DNA from: an uncultured Gammaproteobacteria bacterium
Lineage (GTDB): Bacteria; Patescibacteriota; Patescibacteriia; SG8-24; DYFX01
Direction: 5' to 3'
NCBI GenBank assembly: GCA_964404275.1
Contig: CAYOJH010000001.1
Location: 41,512-105,511, forward strand
Length of the DNA: 64,000 nucleotides
A model generated the notes under the pieces. The model made no database searches, had not been told where the DNA came from, and saw only the letters and a list, made by a program, of their open reading frames with translations. Each line of letters opens with the position of its first letter. Within the stretch, counting starts at the first letter, position 1. A program made the position numbers and the translations under genes. Shown one piece after another: positions 59,390-64,000 of this stretch.

Positions 59390-60319
59390 CTAAAACCTCA
59401 CCTCCGTCAGCACGATTTCCGGCGGGCAGAGCAGGCGGGCGCGGGGTCCGGATTCGCCTGTGCCGGCGCCGATGATCAGGGCGCAGCCTTCGTAGTCGAA
59501 CACTCCGCGATCGAATTTGCGCCGGAGATGATGCGGCAAGAGCCAGACCGAGCCGATGAACGGCAGGCGGATCTGGCCGCCGTGGGTGTGCCCGCAGAAA
59601 AAGACCGTTTTCCCTTGCCGCGCCTTCAACAGGCGCGAGGCCGGCGGCAGCAGATCCGGGTTGTGGAGCATGACGATGGCCAGCTCGTCCGAACGGACGT
59701 CGCCGAAGGCGGCCTCGAGATCCGTTTCGCCGAACCAGTCGTCATCCGCGCCGGCGACGGAAAAGGACGCGCCGTTTTTTTCGAGCCGAACCGAGCGGTT
59801 CAAGAGCAGCGGCAATCCGGCGGCCGCGAACCAGGCCTCAGATTCGGCCGTGGCGTGATGCTCATCGTGATTTCCAAGAATCGCGTAGACGCCGTGCGAC
59901 GCGCGCAGTTCCTTGAGCGGTTCAAGTTTCGGGAGATCCCGGCCGTCGTGATAGAGAAGATCGCCGCCGAGCAGGATCAGGTCCGGCTTGAGCGCGTTGG
60001 TCTTGCGGACAAGCCGCCGCATCCATTTCACGCCCTTATACGGACCGACGTGCAGATCGGACAGGAACGCGATCCTGAGCGTGTTCGTCCCCTTCCCGAT
60101 TGCGTACTTCCGGATCTTCAAGAGACGCGGCTCGATAAAGGACCCGTAGAAGATCGTCAGGAAGCCGAGGCCGCTCACGACCCTGAGAAGCGCATGATCG
60201 CGGAGGTGCCCGTACGCGTGCAGCGCGCCGAAGCCCGCGAGCAGCAAGAAAATGGCGAGATCGAAGATCTGCCAGGGAATTTCAAAATCGTAAACGGGCG
60301 ACGAGTATTTCCGAGACAT
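59390..60319 (-). CDS. YkuE/YaeI-like metallophosphoesterase
   Basis: Two TMs, SDLH, GGD, GNHD, HNPD, GHTHGGQ, PEI. Confidence 0.92.
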   Translation of the reverse strand: MSRKYSSPVYDFEIPWQIFDLAIFLLLAGFGALHAYGHLRDHALLRVVSGLGFLTIFYGSFIEPRLLKIRKYAIGKGTNTLRIAFLSDLHVGPYKGVKWMRRLVRKTNALKPDLILLGGDLLYHDGRDLPKLEPLKELRASHGVYAILGNHDEHHATAESEAWFAAAGLPLLLNRSVRLEKNGASFSVAGADDDWFGETDLEAAFGDVRSDELAIVMLHNPDLLPPASRLLKARQGKTVFFCGHTHGGQIRLPFIGSVWLLPHHLRRKFDRGVFDYEGCALIIGAGTGESGPRARLLCPPEIVLTEVRF

Positions 60320-61329
60320 TATCTGATCGACTTGCCGACGCGTTCCGCCATTTCGGCCAGGCGGTTCGAGTAGCCCCATTCGTTGTCGTACCAGGCCACG
60401 ACTTTGACGAGATCGCCGTCGACGACTTGCGTCAGGCCGATGTCGACGATCGAAGAATGCGGATTCTTGATGAAGTCCGAGGAGACGAGCGGTTCTTCCG
60501 TCCAGGTCATGACGCCTTTGAAACGCACGGCGGTGCAGGCTTTCTTGATCGCCAGGTTCACTTCTTCGACGGATGTCGGCTTGCCGACGACGAAGGTAAA
60601 ATCGGCCAACGAGACAACGGCCGTCGGTACGCGGATCGAAAGGCCGTCAAAGAGGCTCTTGAGTTCCGGCAGCGTTTCGGTCACGGCAATGGCAGCGCCT
60701 GTTGAGGTCGGGACCATGTTAGCAGCAGCAGCGCGAGCGCGGCGCAGATCCTTGTGCGGGCCGTCCTGCAGGTTCTGGTCGGCGGTATAGCTGTGGATCG
60801 TGGTCATGAGCGCCTTCTTCACGCCGAAGGCTTCATGAATGACGTCGGCGACCGGCGCGATGCAGTTGGTGGTGCATGAGGCGTTGTTGATGACCATGTG
60901 GTTCGCGTCGTATTCATGGCCGTTCACGCCGAGCACGTAGGTCGGCACGTTGCCGCCTTTGGCCGGCGCGGAAATGATGACGCGTTTTGCGCCGGCCGTC
61001 AGATGTTGCGACGCGCCCACCTCGTCGGTGAAACGACCCGTCGATTCGATGACCACGTCGATCTTCAAGTCCTTCCAGGGAAGCTTGGTCGGATCTTTTT
61101 CCGCCGTGACCAGGATTTTTTTGTTGTCGACGATGACGTGCGTGGCGTCATAGCTCACGTCGTGATCGTAGGTGCCGTAGCTCGTGTCGTGCTTCAAAAG
61201 ATGCGCGAGCGTTTTCGTGTCGGTCAGGTCGTTGACGGCCACGAATTCCAAATCCTTGAGGCGTCCGAAGGCGGCTTTGAAGGTGTTGCGTCCGATGCGG
61301 CCGAACCCGTTGATGGCGATTCTGATCAT
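60319..61329 (-). CDS. gap: Glyceraldehyde-3-phosphate dehydrogenase
   Basis: INGFGRIGR, NASCTTNC, PTSTGAA, WYDNEWGYS. Confidence 0.98.
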   Translation of the reverse strand: MIRIAINGFGRIGRNTFKAAFGRLKDLEFVAVNDLTDTKTLAHLLKHDTSYGTYDHDVSYDATHVIVDNKKILVTAEKDPTKLPWKDLKIDVVIESTGRFTDEVGASQHLTAGAKRVIISAPAKGGNVPTYVLGVNGHEYDANHMVINNASCTTNCIAPVADVIHEAFGVKKALMTTIHSYTADQNLQDGPHKDLRRARAAAANMVPTSTGAAIAVTETLPELKSLFDGLSIRVPTAVVSLADFTFVVGKPTSVEEVNLAIKKACTAVRFKGVMTWTEEPLVSSDFIKNPHSSIVDIGLTQVVDGDLVKVVAWYDNEWGYSNRLAEMAERVGKSIR

Positions 61330-61913
61330 GGCGTGTAGAATTTTATGGTGGAAACGAAAGCGGCGAAGACCGCGGGATCCGCCGAGGCGGCGCTGGCGAC
61401 GAGCGCGGAGCCTTTGCCGGCGGGAACGTAGATCGCTTGGCGCTTGACCCGGCCGTTCTCGAACGCGATCGCGAAGACGGAAGGATGTCCGTCGACGGAG
61501 ACGTCATAGAACGCGGCGCGGGTGCCGGCGAAATCCTGGGCGGCCAGGTCGGAAACGTCCTGGCGATCGGCCAGCGCGACCGAGCCGATCATCACACCTT
61601 CGCCGGAAGCGGGAGCCGTCTCCAGTTCTTTGGACGACCGTCCGAGGCGGACGCGGGCGGGATCGGCGGCCTCGACCAGCCAGTCCGGCGGCGCCGCGAA
61701 AGCATAGCCCTCGCTCGGCACGTCGTGACGCGTCCAGGCATCGATATCGAGCGGCACCGGCTGCGGCACCGTGCTGAGCAGGGCCGTTGAAGAAACGTCA
61801 AAAGGCGCGAGCGACGCGTACCAGATCGCGAAAAGGCCGTACGCGGCGACAACGGCGACCAGCGCGGCTTCAACGAGCGGAGACAACGTATGTTTCACCC
61901 TCCACAGAGACAT
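61326..61913 (-). CDS. Membrane-anchored hypothetical protein (possibly PsbP-like)
   Basis: TM, YAFAAPPDW, F..FVSTIKF; ATGA overlap with gap. Confidence 0.6.
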   Translation of the reverse strand: MSLWRVKHTLSPLVEAALVAVVAAYGLFAIWYASLAPFDVSSTALLSTVPQPVPLDIDAWTRHDVPSEGYAFAAPPDWLVEAADPARVRLGRSSKELETAPASGEGVMIGSVALADRQDVSDLAAQDFAGTRAAFYDVSVDGHPSVFAIAFENGRVKRQAIYVPAGKGSALVASAASADPAVFAAFVSTIKFYTP

Positions 61914-61969
61914 ACTCGCACAGTATAGGGCGCGAAGGACGCCGCGTGAAGTACATAAAAACCCCGCGC

Positions 61970-62626
61970 TCACGGCGCGGGGGCGGTGTAGACGCAGGAA
62001 GGATCCGCGTCTTCCATCTTGTCGGGCACGGCTTTGAGGTCGGTCTCGCGCTCGTCGTAGGCCAAGGCGTCGATCGCCGTCACGAAGGAGATCTCCTTGT
62101 GATAGTAGGCGTTCAAGAGCGCCGGGCCGCAGATCGGCTTGCCGTCGCCGCGGTGCTTCGGAGCGTTCGCGTCGCACGTCGCGGCCACGTGTTCCCAGAT
62201 GCCGAGCTCATGCCCGATCTCGTGGGCGAAGACCGCGCCGTACTGATGCGCTTCGAAACCGGCGCCGTCCTTGTTCAAGCAGTTCCACATCATGCGCACG
62301 CGGCCGTCGCGATAGGCTTCGGCCAGCGTGAAGGAGCCGGTCAGCTCGCCCTTGTCGTCGCGCTGGCGGCAGTCGCGTCCGTCGATCGACACGCGCACGT
62401 CCGACGCGCCAATGCTATCGGCGTCGACGCACGTCACGTTCATGACGTTCCAACGGTTGCAGGCCGCCACGGTCAGCGCGCGGTCGAGCCGCGGATCCCT
62501 GTCGACCCACAGGCGCAGCGTCCGGCGCGGATGATTTCCGCCGGGCGCCGGATCGGGCTTGCTGATGAACACGCAGGAAGAGCAAATCCAGGCGAAGAAG
62601 GCACAGATCGCGATACGCTGCGACAT
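61970..62626 (-). CDS. Matrixin-like zinc metalloprotease, possible lipoprotein
   Basis: HEIGHELGIWEH, signal ending SSC; SD AGGAGG. Confidence 0.7.
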   Translation of the reverse strand: MSQRIAICAFFAWICSSCVFISKPDPAPGGNHPRRTLRLWVDRDPRLDRALTVAACNRWNVMNVTCVDADSIGASDVRVSIDGRDCRQRDDKGELTGSFTLAEAYRDGRVRMMWNCLNKDGAGFEAHQYGAVFAHEIGHELGIWEHVAATCDANAPKHRGDGKPICGPALLNAYYHKEISFVTAIDALAYDERETDLKAVPDKMEDADPSCVYTAPAP

Positions 62627-62701
62627 GACGTCCTCCTGACGCAGTCCGTCTTCCAACGTAGCACAAAAAGAAAAACCGCCCCTGTGGGCGATTTTCCGGG
62701 C

Positions 62702-63310
62702 TTAGCCGGGAACCTGGGTGGCGGCTTCCATCGCGAAGCGCGTAAAGCGCTTGACTTGGATGTTTTCGCCGCATTTGGCGATCGTCTCTTTGACGAGTTC
62801 CTCGACGGTCTTGTCCTCGTCTTTGATGTAGGCCTGGTTCATCAAGCAGACGTCGGAGTGCCACTTCGAGAGCTTGCCTTCCATGATCTTGGCGATCACG
62901 TCGGACGGCTTGCTCGATCCGGCGAACTCTTCGGCGTAGATGGATTTCTCCTTCTCGACGACTTCGTCCGGGATCATCTCTTTCGAGACATAGAGCGGAT
63001 TCATGGCCGCGACCTGGAGCGCCAGCTCGTGGCAGAGTTCCTTGAAGCCGTCGGTGCGGGCGACGAAGTCGGTTTCGCACAGGACTTCGACCAGCGCGCC
63101 GACCTTGCCGTTGCCGTGGACGTAGGCGTAGACGAGGCCTTCGGATGTGTTGCGATCCGATTTCGATCCGGCTTTGGCGATGCCCTTCTTGCGAAGCAGC
63201 TCGGCGGCGGCCGCGAGATCGCCGCCGGTTTCTTCGAGCGCCTTCTTGCACTCAACGATGCCGGCGCCGGTCATGGCGCGCAATTCGGAAACGGTCTTGG
63301 CGTCGATCAT
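62702..63310 (-). CDS. tsf: Elongation factor Ts (short form)
   Basis: LRAMTGAGIVECKKAL, CETDFVAR. Confidence 0.97.
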   Translation of the reverse strand: MIDAKTVSELRAMTGAGIVECKKALEETGGDLAAAAELLRKKGIAKAGSKSDRNTSEGLVYAYVHGNGKVGALVEVLCETDFVARTDGFKELCHELALQVAAMNPLYVSKEMIPDEVVEKEKSIYAEEFAGSSKPSDVIAKIMEGKLSKWHSDVCLMNQAYIKDEDKTVEELVKETIAKCGENIQVKRFTRFAMEAATQVPG

Positions 63311-63321
63311 ATCTTTCTTCT

Positions 63322-64000
63322 TTACGCGGTGATGACGCGGCTCGGCTCGGAAGCGGCCGCTTCCATCTTGACGGCTTCGGCTTTCTTGACGGCCATATCC
63401 TTTTCGCGGAGCTTGCGGCCTTCTTTGACCGCTTCGGCGAAGAGCCGGGTGAACAGTTCGATGGACTTCACGGCGTCGTCGTTGGCCGGGATGCCGTAGG
63501 TGATGTCTTCCGGGTTGATGTTCGAGTCGATCAGGCCGAAGATCGGGACTTTCTTGGCGCGGGCTTCTTCGATGGCCGTCTTCTCGTGCTTGGCGTCGAT
63601 GACGAAGATCGCTTCCGGCAGCTTGGTGAGCGACGAAATGCCGCCGACCTTGCGCTCCATGTCCGCGATCTCGCGATCGATCACGACGCGTTCTTTCTTG
63701 GTGTACTTGTCGAAGCCGCCGGTGTCACGCTTGGTACGGTACTCGTTCAGCTTCTTGATGAGCTTGTTCAGTTCCGGGAAGTTCGTGAAGGTGCCGCCCA
63801 GCCAGCGTCCCGTGATGTACGGCGCGCCCGCTTCCTTGGCGTACTTCTCGACGATCGGCGCGGCCTGGCGCTTGGTGCCCAGAAAGACGATCACGCCGCC
63901 CTTGGCGGTCATGTCGCGCGCGGCGTCGAGCGCTTCCTTCAACTTCACGACGGTCTTTTCCAGGTCGATGATGTGGATGCCGTTCCGGGAACCGAACAGG
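63322..64000 (-). CDS. rpsB: 30S ribosomal protein S2 (5' end outside window)
   Basis: GIHIIDL, GTKRQA, RWLGGTFTN, IPANDDA; upstream of tsf. Confidence 0.97.
   Translation of the reverse strand, partial: LFGSRNGIHIIDLEKTVVKLKEALDAARDMTAKGGVIVFLGTKRQAAPIVEKYAKEAGAPYITGRWLGGTFTNFPELNKLIKKLNEYRTKRDTGGFDKYTKKERVVIDREIADMERKVGGISSLTKLPEAIFVIDAKHEKTAIEEARAKKVPIFGLIDSNINPEDITYGIPANDDAVKSIELFTRLFAEAVKEGRKLREKDMAVKKAEAVKMEAAASEPSRVITA

Overview
GC-rich, gene-dense bacterial chromosome segment, mostly encoded on the minus strand. Gene content (short EF-Ts, two gpmI paralogs, pilin-type fusion, translin, many orphan ORFs) suggests a Patescibacteria/CPR genome; this is inference and no rRNA is present. 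Core content: cell wall and division (ftsEX, murD, murE, mltG, DivIC/FtsL-like, SurA/PrsA-like), glycolysis (gap, pgk, gpmI x2, eno, plus an NDH-2), DNA repair (PcrA-like helicase, mutM, nth), queA/tgt, metK, a znuACB-like metal ABC transporter, rpsB-tsf and four tRNAs (Gln-TTG, Thr-CGT, Gly-CCC, Lys-TTT). No CRISPR, integrase or transposase was seen. Main leads: (1) the same palindrome TGCGAC-N3-GTCGCA sits in the promoter spacer of both a Fur/Zur-family operon (regulator, CooC-like ATPase, SCO5389-like Cys/His protein) and the znuACB operon about 40 kb away, pointing to an uncharacterised ATPase/small-protein pair in a zinc regulon; (2) a metallophosphoesterase-wHTH-metallophosphoesterase protein with an attenuator-like leader and a DnaA box, clustered with CYTH and DHH enzymes; (3) a candidate ECF-sigma promoter motif at msrB, two polysaccharide deacetylases and the sigma gene; (4) an orphan promoter-terminator RNA upstream of ndh; (5) apparently leaderless core genes versus Shine-Dalgarno-led orphan genes. 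All functional calls come from motif recognition by eye; no searches were run.
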